Positions 39,637-48,036 of a stretch of 64,000 nucleotides of DNA are shown here, piece after piece. Below the pieces are notes generated by a model. That model saw only the letters and a list, made by a program, of their open reading frames with translations. It did no database searches and was not told the DNA's origin. Source of the DNA: a virus; IMG/VR virus record IMGVR_UViG_3300035695_000001, positions 50,139-114,138 of that record. The stretch is one strand, 5' to 3'. The stretch's first letter is position 1, and every line of letters starts with the position of its first letter. A program made the translations under genes and the position numbers.

Positions 39637-40494
39637 CTAGCAGTCGTGCTTGGGCCAGCCGATGTCGCGGATGACGGCGTGCGCGTTCGGCTGGTCGACC
39701 ACCAGTTGCGTGACCAGCGTGGCAGCGACGCCAGGTACCTCCCCCTTCTCGCCGCGTGAGAACTGGAACCGCACCGGCGACGAGTCGCCCACCCGGAGGT
39801 AGTTCAGGCAGACGTGGTCTGGTTGCAGGAGCACGATGATGCCCCGCGGGAACCGCTCGACGTTGGAGAGGCGCATGCCTACCTGCTGGAGCACCTTGCC
39901 GGCAGCGTCCATCGCGTCGGGGTTGCCCACGGCCAGCGTGGGAGCCGTACCGCTGGCGGTGACGCAGTAGTTGACTGCCCGGGTCGCCAGCGCCGTCGTG
40001 AGGGGCCTCGGCACGCCGCCGTTGGCGAAAACGTTGGCGCTCCAGTGCGGGTAGGTCGATCGGCTGATGTTGGCGTAGACGGCGGTGGCGGCCAGCGCAC
40101 CACCGAGCAGGCCGTAGATGGCCGGGTTGTGGTTCCGGTCGATCCCGTTCCCGACGTGGAGGTCGTCCTCGACGAGACGGGCCAGGGCTCCGAACACCTT
40201 GGTGACCCGCTCACGGAACCGCTCGGCGAGCGCTTCCCGCCCGTAGGTCTCCGCCGCGAGCACGTCCTCCGCCGTGACCTGGAAGGCGGCCCGGTACATG
40301 CCCCACGGGAGGCACGCTTGCCCGGTCGGCCCGGTCACTCCATCGGGGCGTGCCTCCCAGTTGACGTTCTTGCCGTACCCTGGCCGCGCCTCCAAGGCGG
40401 CCATGAGGCTGTTCGGGCCGGCGTGCTTGGCTCCGAACTCGAAGTGGTAGGTGCTGGTGAGGGCTGAGGTGATCCTGGTGGCTGCGTCGTCCAT
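39637..40494 (-). CDS. Major capsid protein paralog (diverged, shorter)
   Basis: GLLGGALAATAVYANISRSTYPHWSANVFANGGVPRPLTTAL aligns with MCP GVLGGALELSGSYAGISRSTYPGWAGNVLSNGGTPRPLTLAL; C-terminal QLVVDQPNAHAVIRDI aligns with QLRVEHPNANGYIADI. Confidence 0.88.
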   Translation of the reverse strand: MDDAATRITSALTSTYHFEFGAKHAGPNSLMAALEARPGYGKNVNWEARPDGVTGPTGQACLPWGMYRAAFQVTAEDVLAAETYGREALAERFRERVTKVFGALARLVEDDLHVGNGIDRNHNPAIYGLLGGALAATAVYANISRSTYPHWSANVFANGGVPRPLTTALATRAVNYCVTASGTAPTLAVGNPDAMDAAGKVLQQVGMRLSNVERFPRGIIVLLQPDHVCLNYLRVGDSSPVRFQFSRGEKGEVPGVAATLVTQLVVDQPNAHAVIRDIGWPKHDC

Positions 40495-40501
40495 CCCGTG
40501 A

Positions 40502-40533
40502 GTCTAGCAGTACCGACGCCTGCTAGACAGTGG
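40502..40533. promoter_or_regulatory. TGCTAGAC inverted pair
   Basis: gtctagca-N11-tgctagacagtgg; on the minus strand TGCTAGACT lies 6 nt before the ATG at 40494. Confidence 0.8.
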
Positions 40534-40685
40534 TCGCAGCGGCTTGCCTCGTTTGGCAAAAGGGCTCGGTCGTCCACGCCTCGGTCGTCCGAGGCACCGG
40601 GCCGTGTATCCCGGTGCTTTTGGCGGGTGTCCCGCCCGGCGGGGTGGCTTGCTCGTCCAGAGCCCAGAGCACCTTAGCATGCTGC

Positions 40686-40985
40686 CTAGCAGGTGGTCGA
40701 CGAGACCAACGTCCACGCCTCGATCTCAAAGCGGACCCCTGGCGGTGGGTCGTAGGCCCCGGCAGCGACGAGGAGGGCAGCCTGTGCGCGGGATGGTAGC
40801 GGGTCCGGGTCGGGTGGCTTCGGCTGGCGGGGGAGACGCGCGGGCAGGCGTTGAGCCTCCTGGCGAGGCATCGACGCGACGGCCTGGGCTGCCACACGGA
40901 CGACGGCCCGACACCGACACCGGACGGCGCGGTCTGGCCGGCGGACCCGGACCCTGGTGAGGCAGGACTGGCAGACCTCGGGCAT
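40686..40985 (-). CDS. Small Cys-containing hypothetical protein
   Basis: CQSC...CRC; TAGGAT box 7 nt before the ATG. Confidence 0.5.
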   Translation of the reverse strand: MPEVCQSCLTRVRVRRPDRAVRCRCRAVVRVAAQAVASMPRQEAQRLPARLPRQPKPPDPDPLPSRAQAALLVAAGAYDPPPGVRFEIEAWTLVSSTTC

Positions 40986-41368
40986 GGGTCAGATCCTACC
41001 CATCCCCAACCCGGGCGGAAGGCGGTAGGAGTGGTGGGCGCTCTTAAGTGTGGGCGTGGCGACGGACCCCCCTGAAGACTCGACGGCGTGCGCTGGTCGG
41101 GCAGGGAACCGGGCTCCCTCAACCCAGGCGGATGGCCAGCACCGAAAACGGCCAGACCCAATGGGGGGTACGGGGGGCTCCGTTTCCCTTCTCCCTCTCC
41201 AGCGTGGGGGTGGGGCCCCAAGCTGTCTGCCTCCGGTTCTCCTCTCGGTCTGGGAGAGGGATCAGAGAGGAAGAGCAGATCCGCTCTCACTGTGCTCCAA
41301 CCTCCAGCGCGAACGTCCGGCGCGTCGCACACTTCGCTCGACCTGGCTAGGACCGAGGGAAAGGCCGG

Positions 41369-41629
41369 CTAGTCTTTCAGGGTGAAGCGCTGGACGCTGT
41401 CCACCGGCGGATGCTCGGGGTCGAAAGGGTGCTCTACCCGCTGCGGTAGGAGCCGCGGAGGGCCGACCGGCACGACACGGGACTTGGGGCACGGTCGCTG
41501 AGACGGCATGCGGACCGTCGGCGGGGCGGAGATCGGCCCCGAGGCAGGAGGTGCCTCGATGGCATCGGGGGAGGACGGGTCGATGCTTGCCACGGCCGCC
41601 AGCATGAACAAGCCAGCGCTCAGGTACAT
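41369..41629 (-). CDS. Small putative exported protein
   Basis: Hydrophobic N-terminus MYLSAGLFMLAAVAS, then Pro-rich. Confidence 0.4.
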   Translation of the reverse strand: MYLSAGLFMLAAVASIDPSSPDAIEAPPASGPISAPPTVRMPSQRPCPKSRVVPVGPPRLLPQRVEHPFDPEHPPVDSVQRFTLKD

Positions 41630-42099
41630 CGGGAGCCTCCCGGTTCCGGCGTGGTGCTGGTCGAGCCTGCCCACTGCACCTCGACGGCACCGATGACCAC
41701 CCCGTCAGGCTTGGCGGGCTCCCTGCGGTCCACGCCGTAGAGGATCGCGAGGTCGTCCAGTTCTGGCCCCGTCGCGAGACACAGGTTGACGGCGCACAGC
41801 GATGGCATGAAGCCGGCCGTGGCCTTGTGCAGCATCCAGTAGACCTCGGAGCCCTTGCCGTACTTGGCCTGGGCCTCCTCGCGCCGCTTCACGCGCTCCG
41901 GGTAGATGGCGTCGAGGACCCGGTCACGGAGCGCGGCGCTCGTCTCGCCAACCGTGGGGACGATCCCCATCCCGCTGGCTTCGCGCTCGATCTCCCTGCG
42001 CTCGATCCACCTGCGCTCTCGGCGGTTGCGCGGGTACTCGAACTGCCAGTGGCCCGATGACCCCTTGCGGAACGGTCGGCGGTGCTTGTGCTGGCTCAT
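41620..42099 (-). CDS. Hypothetical protein carrying baseplate-J-like motifs
   Basis: GETSAALRDRVL and LATGPELDDLAILYGVDRREPA. Confidence 0.55.
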   Translation of the reverse strand: MSQHKHRRPFRKGSSGHWQFEYPRNRRERRWIERREIEREASGMGIVPTVGETSAALRDRVLDAIYPERVKRREEAQAKYGKGSEVYWMLHKATAGFMPSLCAVNLCLATGPELDDLAILYGVDRREPAKPDGVVIGAVEVQWAGSTSTTPEPGGSRCT

Positions 42100-42188
42100 C
42101 GACGACCCTCCGTGAAGATGATGGCGATGGCGCCCATGAGCAGGATGATGACGATGGACCAGAACCCGTAGTGGTGCGAGAGGCTCAT
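42096..42188 (-). CDS. 30-aa membrane peptide
   Basis: MSLSHHYGFWSIVIILLMGAIAIIFTEGRR; ATGA overlaps at both ends. Confidence 0.55.
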   Translation of the reverse strand: MSLSHHYGFWSIVIILLMGAIAIIFTEGRR

Positions 42189-43302
42189 GTGATCACCTTG
42201 CCGAGCGCCTCGCCCAGCGTCTGCCCGCGGGTTGTCTGGTGGTGCCCGCCGCGGACGTTGCCCAGTTCTAGACGGGAGGCGTGCTCCTCGTAGACGTGAA
42301 CCTGCACCGTGAAGGTGCCAGCCCCGTCGGGGTCATGTCCTCGCCGAAGGGACAGGGTCGCTAGCTCCCCGTCGTCCAACAGCCGGCGCACCCTGGCACC
42401 GATCTCTGCGTCGCTCATTGTGCCCTCAGCGCGGCGGGCAGGATCGACGTTGCCCAGCCGTATTCGTTGAACTGGTACGGGCTGAACTTGTAGCCGCTCG
42501 CCATGCACGGACACCACTGGCGCCCGTGCTCGCAGAGCCAGATCACGCCGTAGCGGACGAGGATCGAGCGCCTCATGCTGGCCCCAATCTCGGCGCGCCG
42601 ACAGGCACCACGTTCAACGCGAACAGGGTCGACGACGTGGCCCCGCAGTCCCCCATACAGGCATAGAGCGGCTCGACGGTGCCGGTCAGACGGATCTCCC
42701 CGCCGCAGGTACAGGCCAGATCCTGGACGGTACCGCAGACCTCGCGCTCTCGCTCTGTGGTTGCGAAACGCTTGACCTTTGCGCTGCTCACGCTGACTCC
42801 TTCGGCGGCACCTTGGAGATGACGATCTGATCGTCCACGACCGCGATCTGGACCTCGCTCCCATTCCAGGTTGGCATGATGCGTTGGACCAGGAGACCGG
42901 CAGCAAGGTTGAGGCTGTCCTTGCGCGAGTACACCACCGGGTCGAAGTGGGACCCGTCGTCGTCGAGCGACTCCTGCTCGACCTTGAACTGCGCATCCTC
43001 GGTCATCCCGAGGCTCATTCGGACCTTGCTCATTGCGGCCACCTTCCTGGCTTGACCATGTCGAGGACCATCTCCCACGCCTCCTGCTTGGCTTGCTTGT
43101 GTGGCGCCTTCATGTGGATGGCGGCGTGCCCGGTGATCGTCCGGATCGCCACCATGTTGGAGCCCTCGCATCCGCCGCAGTCGCAGAGCCGGACCACCAG
43201 GCTGGCGCTACCGTCTCGCTTCTTGAAGCGTCGGACGATCGCCCCCGGGACGTGGTCGCGGAAGTGCAGCGAGAGCAGGTAGACGTACTCGCGAGAGGTC
43301 AT
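42185..43302 (-). CDS. Run of five small coupled hypothetical genes (43030-43302, 42788-43033, 42573-42791, 42415-42576, 42185-42418)
   Basis: Each starts in an ATGA/GTGA overlap with the previous stop; several carry Cys pairs. Confidence 0.6.
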
Positions 43303-44207
43303 CGACGTCCGATCGCCACGATGGGCTCGCGACTGCTCACGAAGCCAGCGATGGGCGCGCCGGTCCCCCCGAAGTAGTAGACCCCCTCGCCGCTCCCACG
43401 CGAACTGGTCCTGATCTCCACCCCGCCGTCGGGACGGCCACGAACGCCGACAGGGGCGCCCATGATGCCCTCGAAGACCACGTCGGGTACGAAGGCTGGA
43501 CGCTCCGTGCTGCCGGCGAAGACAGCGAGAGGGCCTCCGTTGCCGGCGTCGGCCGGCGTCAGCGGGAGCGCCATCTGCGGGTTGGCGTCGGGCGAGACGG
43601 GAGAAGCCTCTGGCACCTCGTCGGACGCCGCCCCGGGGTGGTCGGTCTCCCGCTTGAGGGCGAGGTAGGCCCACGCCGCGATGGTGAGCAGGTCTTCTCG
43701 GCGAGGGAGAGGCTCGATGTCGGCGTCCGGGTCGTCTCGGAGGGCCTCGTCATCCTGGAACATCTCGGCGGCGTTCCCGATGTTGTCGACCAGCACACCC
43801 AGACTCTCGGTCTTGCCGAGGCCGCTCCCGAGCCGCCGGGCCTCCGCCTCGATCTCGCCGTGGAGTGACGTGGTCGGCCCCGGCTCCAGCGCGATGGGCA
43901 GGGCGAGTTGGCCCCGCATGGTGCGGGCGTGCTCCTTCACCTCCCGGAGCATCTCCTGGGCGTAGTCGTCCCCGTTGTCCAGGCTCCGAGCCAGGACCAG
44001 GAAGGTCGCCTCGGACAGGTTCACCATCTCCAGCGTGCGCTTGCCCAGCAGCGTGGCCACGCCGAGGAGCGTCAGCCGGACCTGACTGGAAGCCGTCATC
44101 GAACCGGCCGCCTCGCAGAGCGCTGCCGAGGCCCGGAGCAGCCTCGCCTGTCCTGCCCGCTGGCAGCAGAGATCCCATCCGTCGTCCACCTTGTTCTGGT
44201 CGCTCAT
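43299..44207 (-). CDS. Hypothetical protein with possible degenerate MazG-like helical domain
   Basis: EIEAEARR...LGVLVDNIGNAAE...REDLLTIAAWA resembles the MazG pattern but lacks the EExxE acidic residues. Confidence 0.5.
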   Translation of the reverse strand: MSDQNKVDDGWDLCCQRAGQARLLRASAALCEAAGSMTASSQVRLTLLGVATLLGKRTLEMVNLSEATFLVLARSLDNGDDYAQEMLREVKEHARTMRGQLALPIALEPGPTTSLHGEIEAEARRLGSGLGKTESLGVLVDNIGNAAEMFQDDEALRDDPDADIEPLPRREDLLTIAAWAYLALKRETDHPGAASDEVPEASPVSPDANPQMALPLTPADAGNGGPLAVFAGSTERPAFVPDVVFEGIMGAPVGVRGRPDGGVEIRTSSRGSGEGVYYFGGTGAPIAGFVSSREPIVAIGRR

Positions 44208-44491
44208 CGTCGGCCTCCGAGGTCGATGCCGACCGGCTGGATGTCCTCAGCGATCTCTTCGAGGAACTTGAGCGCCGCGTGGAAGGCCGAATCGCCCTCC
44301 TGTCGCCACGATGCGACGCTATCCACGATCTCCCTGGCCAGTGCTTCGTCCGCAACTAGCGCTCGCCGGATAGCGTCCGCCGTGTCCTCGCCATCCCTGG
44401 CCTTCACCAGTCTCCTGACCTCGGCGTGCGCCTGCTCGCAAAGGCACCCCGGTCCGTGCCCTGCCCACTTACCGCTGGTCTTGTCGTCCAT
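44204..44491 (-). CDS. Hypothetical protein
   Basis: Start re-called at MDDKTSGK; TGATG-coupled. Confidence 0.55.
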   Translation of the reverse strand: MDDKTSGKWAGHGPGCLCEQAHAEVRRLVKARDGEDTADAIRRALVADEALAREIVDSVASWRQEGDSAFHAALKFLEEIAEDIQPVGIDLGGRR

Positions 44492-44709
44492 CACATCCTC
44501 GTCTCCTCTTGCCGTGCCACCGAGGCGTACGGCTCCCCGCTCTTGCCGTTGGTCCAGGTCGACCCGCATCGGCCGCACTTGAACCTGGGACGCCCGTCGG
44601 CCGCAGGCGCCGCCATCCGGATGATGTCGGTGTGCCTGCACGACCCGCAGCACGTCTTGGTCCGGCGCGGTTCCTTGGCGGCTCGGCGTCGCCCCCTGCT
44701 CTTGCCCAT
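44491..44709 (-). CDS. Small Zn-ribbon protein
   Basis: CGSC...FKCGRCGSTW; starts just after TGCTAGACAGT. Confidence 0.65.
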   Translation of the reverse strand: MGKSRGRRRAAKEPRRTKTCCGSCRHTDIIRMAAPAADGRPRFKCGRCGSTWTNGKSGEPYASVARQEETRM

Positions 44710-44712
44710 CCG

Positions 44713-44752
44713 CACTGTCTAGCACAAGGTCGTCCGGTTGTGCTAGACAGTG
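44713..44752. promoter_or_regulatory. TGCTAGAC palindrome at a divergent junction
   Basis: cactgtctagcacaa...ttgtgctagacagtg, perfect 15-bp inverted repeat. Confidence 0.85.
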
Positions 44753-44820
44753 GACCGAGAGAGCGGGCCGGCACCGGCGAGAAGGGTCGCCAGCACCAGG
44801 CCCGACGTGGAGTCTACCTC

Positions 44821-45195
44821 ATGGGACAGATGACGTATGCGGTGATGCTCGGCGTGAAGAAGGCCCCTCCGGCAAAGCTGAAAGAGGGCTGGCACAGCCT
44901 GGTGGAGGGCTACTCTCGTGAGAACAGCAAGGATGGCCCCACCCCCGACACGCCTCACGGGGATGGCGATCATGAGATCCTCGGTTTCTTCGTCGCGGTG
45001 GGCGCCAGCGGGCACGACTTCGCGCCGGACCTCGTGAACTTCCCACTGAAGGACTTCGGCAAGCAGGAAGACTACAAGGGGTACCTGGCTGCATGCCGCA
45101 GGTCGTGGAAGCGCTTCGCTGCGTGGTGCGAGAGCAACCACAAGATCACGCTGGGCGAGCCCATCCTCTACCTGGTCCAGACCGAGGTCGGCTGA
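44821..45195 (+). CDS. Hypothetical protein
   Basis: GGAG RBS; starts MGQMTYAVML. Confidence 0.7.
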   Translation: MGQMTYAVMLGVKKAPPAKLKEGWHSLVEGYSRENSKDGPTPDTPHGDGDHEILGFFVAVGASGHDFAPDLVNFPLKDFGKQEDYKGYLAACRRSWKRFAAWCESNHKITLGEPILYLVQTEVG

Positions 45196-45196
45196 C

Positions 45197-45535
45197 ATGG
45201 CGACCAACATCCCGGCAGGCGCAGAGGTGACGCTCACGATCCGGCTGACCGTGGGCCCATGGACCCCATGCGACGAGGGCTACGAGCGGCGGTGGTCCGG
45301 TCCGGTCGCCAAGGACGGTTCCCAGCCCGCGGCTGCCCGCGTGACGAAGAAGGCGATGCCGTGGCCGTTCAAGCCGCGGTGGGAGTGGAGCGCTGGCGAT
45401 CCCTACAGCGATGAGTGGATCGAGGAAGGCGAGACGAAGGGTGCCGGTCCTGATGACGCGATGGCTGTGGCCGACGCCGCCCTCAAGCAGATCGTGGCCG
45501 ACATCGAAGGCGAGCCGCCCACGGCGCCTGTCTAG
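45197..45535 (+). CDS. Hypothetical protein
   Basis: Its stop codon is the TAG of a GTCTAGCA element. Confidence 0.65.
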   Translation: MATNIPAGAEVTLTIRLTVGPWTPCDEGYERRWSGPVAKDGSQPAAARVTKKAMPWPFKPRWEWSAGDPYSDEWIEEGETKGAGPDDAMAVADAALKQIVADIEGEPPTAPV

Positions 45536-45584
45536 CACCCGCCAGCACTGTCTAGCACTGGCCCCCCAGGTCTGCTAGACAGTG
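45528..45584. promoter_or_regulatory. Triple TGCTAGAC element
   Basis: gtctagca at 45530 and 45550; tgctagac at 45573. Confidence 0.85.
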
Positions 45585-45589
45585 ACCTC

Positions 45590-46000
45590 ATGCCCACCCC
45601 AAAGAAGCCAGCCAAGCAGCCACGATCCTCCGAGCCGACCGAGACGGTGGAGCCCTCGTCCAGGGCCCCCGTCGAGCGGAAGAGCCCCATGCTGGCCACC
45701 ACGGTCTCCAAGGAGGTCTACAACGCCGTCCAGGAGGCCATGGAGGAGCACGGGCTCAAGCGGTCCGTCGTAGTCGACAACGGGCTCCGGATCGGCCTCG
45801 GGCTCGGGGCAGGGCCGGAGGGGTGGAAGATCCCCATGCCCCCAGGCTTCAAGGCGCTGGCCGCCAAGAACGGAGCCCACAAGACCATGGCAGCCGTCGA
45901 GGCTGTAGCCGAGGTTCTCCCCGAGCGGATCGTGGAGCGGGACGGCGAGGGAGCCCCCGAGGAGCAGAGCCAGGTCCCGCGCAGGGGAAAGAAGCGATGA
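45590..46000 (+). CDS. Putative ribbon-helix-helix DNA-binding protein
   Basis: PMLATTVSKEVYNAVQEAMEEHGLKRSVVVDNGL fits a strand-helix-G-S-helix RHH pattern. Confidence 0.6.
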   Translation: MPTPKKPAKQPRSSEPTETVEPSSRAPVERKSPMLATTVSKEVYNAVQEAMEEHGLKRSVVVDNGLRIGLGLGAGPEGWKIPMPPGFKALAAKNGAHKTMAAVEAVAEVLPERIVERDGEGAPEEQSQVPRRGKKR

Positions 46001-47077
46001 CCCGCCTGTACGACCCAAGCCGCTTGGCGGAGGCGCTGCGCGTTCGCGGCTTCATCACGCACATCGGTCCGGAGGAAATGGTCGGCGTAGGCAGCGGGGC
46101 ACTGCACTTCGGCGGGCCTGCCGCACTCCAAGAACTGCTGGACCTGCATCGCGGAGTCATCCGTCACGCAGGCTGGCCGGAGACCCCGCAAGAGTTCTTG
46201 GACCGTGTCGCTCGGGAATGGGTGAGCGAGACGAAGCGACTCTACCGCGTCATCGCTCACGCTTTCGGCGACGTGGTCTACGTCGATCGAGAAGAGCCTC
46301 ACCCCGACGACTGGAAGACACATCCGGACATGCCTGGTGCTGGGAAGCCCATGGGCTACCTGCCGCTTGACCGCATCCTGGACGATGGCATCGACCTGCG
46401 CCAACTCAACGTGGTGCCAACCTTGGGCACGCTCAAGGCTCGGAAGAGTTACCGCTTCAGGTACCGCCAACAAGTAACGAGTGCCCGATGATCTGCGGGC
46501 TCATCCACGAGCCTGGCGTCCAGACCTCGCCGTGCCAGAAGCCGGCCGGGCACCAGGAGCCGTGGTGGACGCGCCCTGTCGGCCTACCCACGCTGAAGAG
46601 CAAGACGCTGATGTGGTGGCGCCGCACGCGCAAGGTCCGAAAGGCCGCTCGCCAGTCGGAGCGAGACCGACGAGCCCTCATCGCTGAGATCCAGGAACTG
46701 GCCTACCTGTGGGACGGGCCAGGATCGGAAGGCAGGTGCGTGTGAGAGAGCGCGTTCACGAACGGGTCGCTATCCGTGGACCAAACGGTCACGAGGTTCG
46801 AGATCGATCGTTCCGCCTTTTCGTGGACGACCAGCGCCCGCTCGCAGACCTCTGCCTCGTGGCGCTGTCTCGGGTCAGGAGAGGCATGTGTTTCGGCTGG
46901 GAAGCGTGCGCAGCGCTCGACGTTCGCACGCCGACCATGGAGCGGGTCATCGCCTTCCTCCTCGGCGCTCGACTGATCCATCGGGTCCGCAGGTTCAAGG
47001 CCGACGGTGAATGTGGACCAGACGGCCGTCATGTCGTCACGCGAGAGCTGCTCTACATCGCCGCAGGGGACCGATGA
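45997..47077 (+). CDS. Three coupled hypothetical genes (45997-46491, 46488-46745, 46742-47077)
   Basis: ATGA/GTGA overlaps. Confidence 0.6.
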
Positions 47078-47472
47078 CTGGGCTCACCGACAGGCAGGCT
47101 GAGATCCTGGCCTTCATCCGGGCCCGCTACCGGGAGAAGGGGTACGCGCCGACCATCCGTGAGATCGGCGCCCACTTCGGGATCCGCTCGACCAACGGCG
47201 TCAACTGTCACGTCAACAGGCTGGTCGCGAAGGGGGCGCTGCGGAAAGAGGACATGAAGTCCCGCTGCCTGGTCCCCGTCGAGCGGGAGGAAGCACCCGT
47301 ACGGGCGCCGGCTCAATGCGAGGACGGGCAGGGAGACATCGTCGCCGTCGACGTGGTGGAGTTCGTGCGCGGTACGGGTCTGGTCGGGAACGTACGAGAG
47401 ACCCTGCGGTTCGACGCGAAGTTGCTGGTGGACACCGCCAGGCTGCCGAGTCTCTGGGCCAGGCGGCCGTAG
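47074..47472 (+). CDS. Truncated LexA-like repressor (winged-HTH domain, no S24 peptidase domain)
   Basis: [12 protein letters not shown]...[34 protein letters not shown]...SR; only 132 aa. Confidence 0.9.
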   Translation: MTGLTDRQAEILAFIRARYREKGYAPTIREIGAHFGIRSTNGVNCHVNRLVAKGALRKEDMKSRCLVPVEREEAPVRAPAQCEDGQGDIVAVDVVEFVRGTGLVGNVRETLRFDAKLLVDTARLPSLWARRP

Positions 47473-47473
47473 G

Positions 47474-47977
47474 CTACTGGCAGGTACCGTCCGCCTGGCA
47501 GGCGTAGCCGTCACAGCAGAGGGACTGCGCGTTGCACGCCTCTCCAGGGCCAGCGCACGACGTGGTGAGCCCACCCGCAGGCATGCCCCCAGAGCCGAGG
47601 TCGGCCGAGGTCACCGGGCACGTCACGCCGTCTGGGTCAGTGGAACCTCCGTCGAGGTCTTGGGGCTGGATCGGCGGCGCTGAGGGGCCGAGGCTCACGC
47701 AAAGCCGCCAGTCGCAGATGATGTGGTAGCGGTCCGGGTAGACGTTCTGGACCGTCTTCACGGTGTTCGCGCACGCCAGGAAGGGGTCCGGTGCGGACAC
47801 GGTCGGGCCAGACGCCACCGCCTGTTGGCTGGGCCCCTTCGGCTTCCCGTCCGTCCCGCACTGGGTGTAGACGTCGTAGGTGTACCGGCAGACGTAGTCC
47901 TTCAGCCCGAAGGAGGCGCAGTCGGCTCCAGTGGCGAGGACAGCGGACAGGGCAAGGATCCGAACGAGACGTTGCAT
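47474..47977 (-). CDS. Cys-rich exported protein/lipoprotein, myxobacterial type
   Basis: AGGAG RBS; signal peptide ending TGADC; C-terminal CAGPGEACNAQSLCCDGYACQADGTCQ knottin-like Cys spacing. Confidence 0.75.
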   Translation of the reverse strand: MQRLVRILALSAVLATGADCASFGLKDYVCRYTYDVYTQCGTDGKPKGPSQQAVASGPTVSAPDPFLACANTVKTVQNVYPDRYHIICDWRLCVSLGPSAPPIQPQDLDGGSTDPDGVTCPVTSADLGSGGMPAGGLTTSCAGPGEACNAQSLCCDGYACQADGTCQ

Positions 47978-48036
47978 GGTCGCTCCTGCGCGGCTTCCGC
48001 GTGCCGCGCGACGCTTCGTGAGTGGTAGTGGAGATG

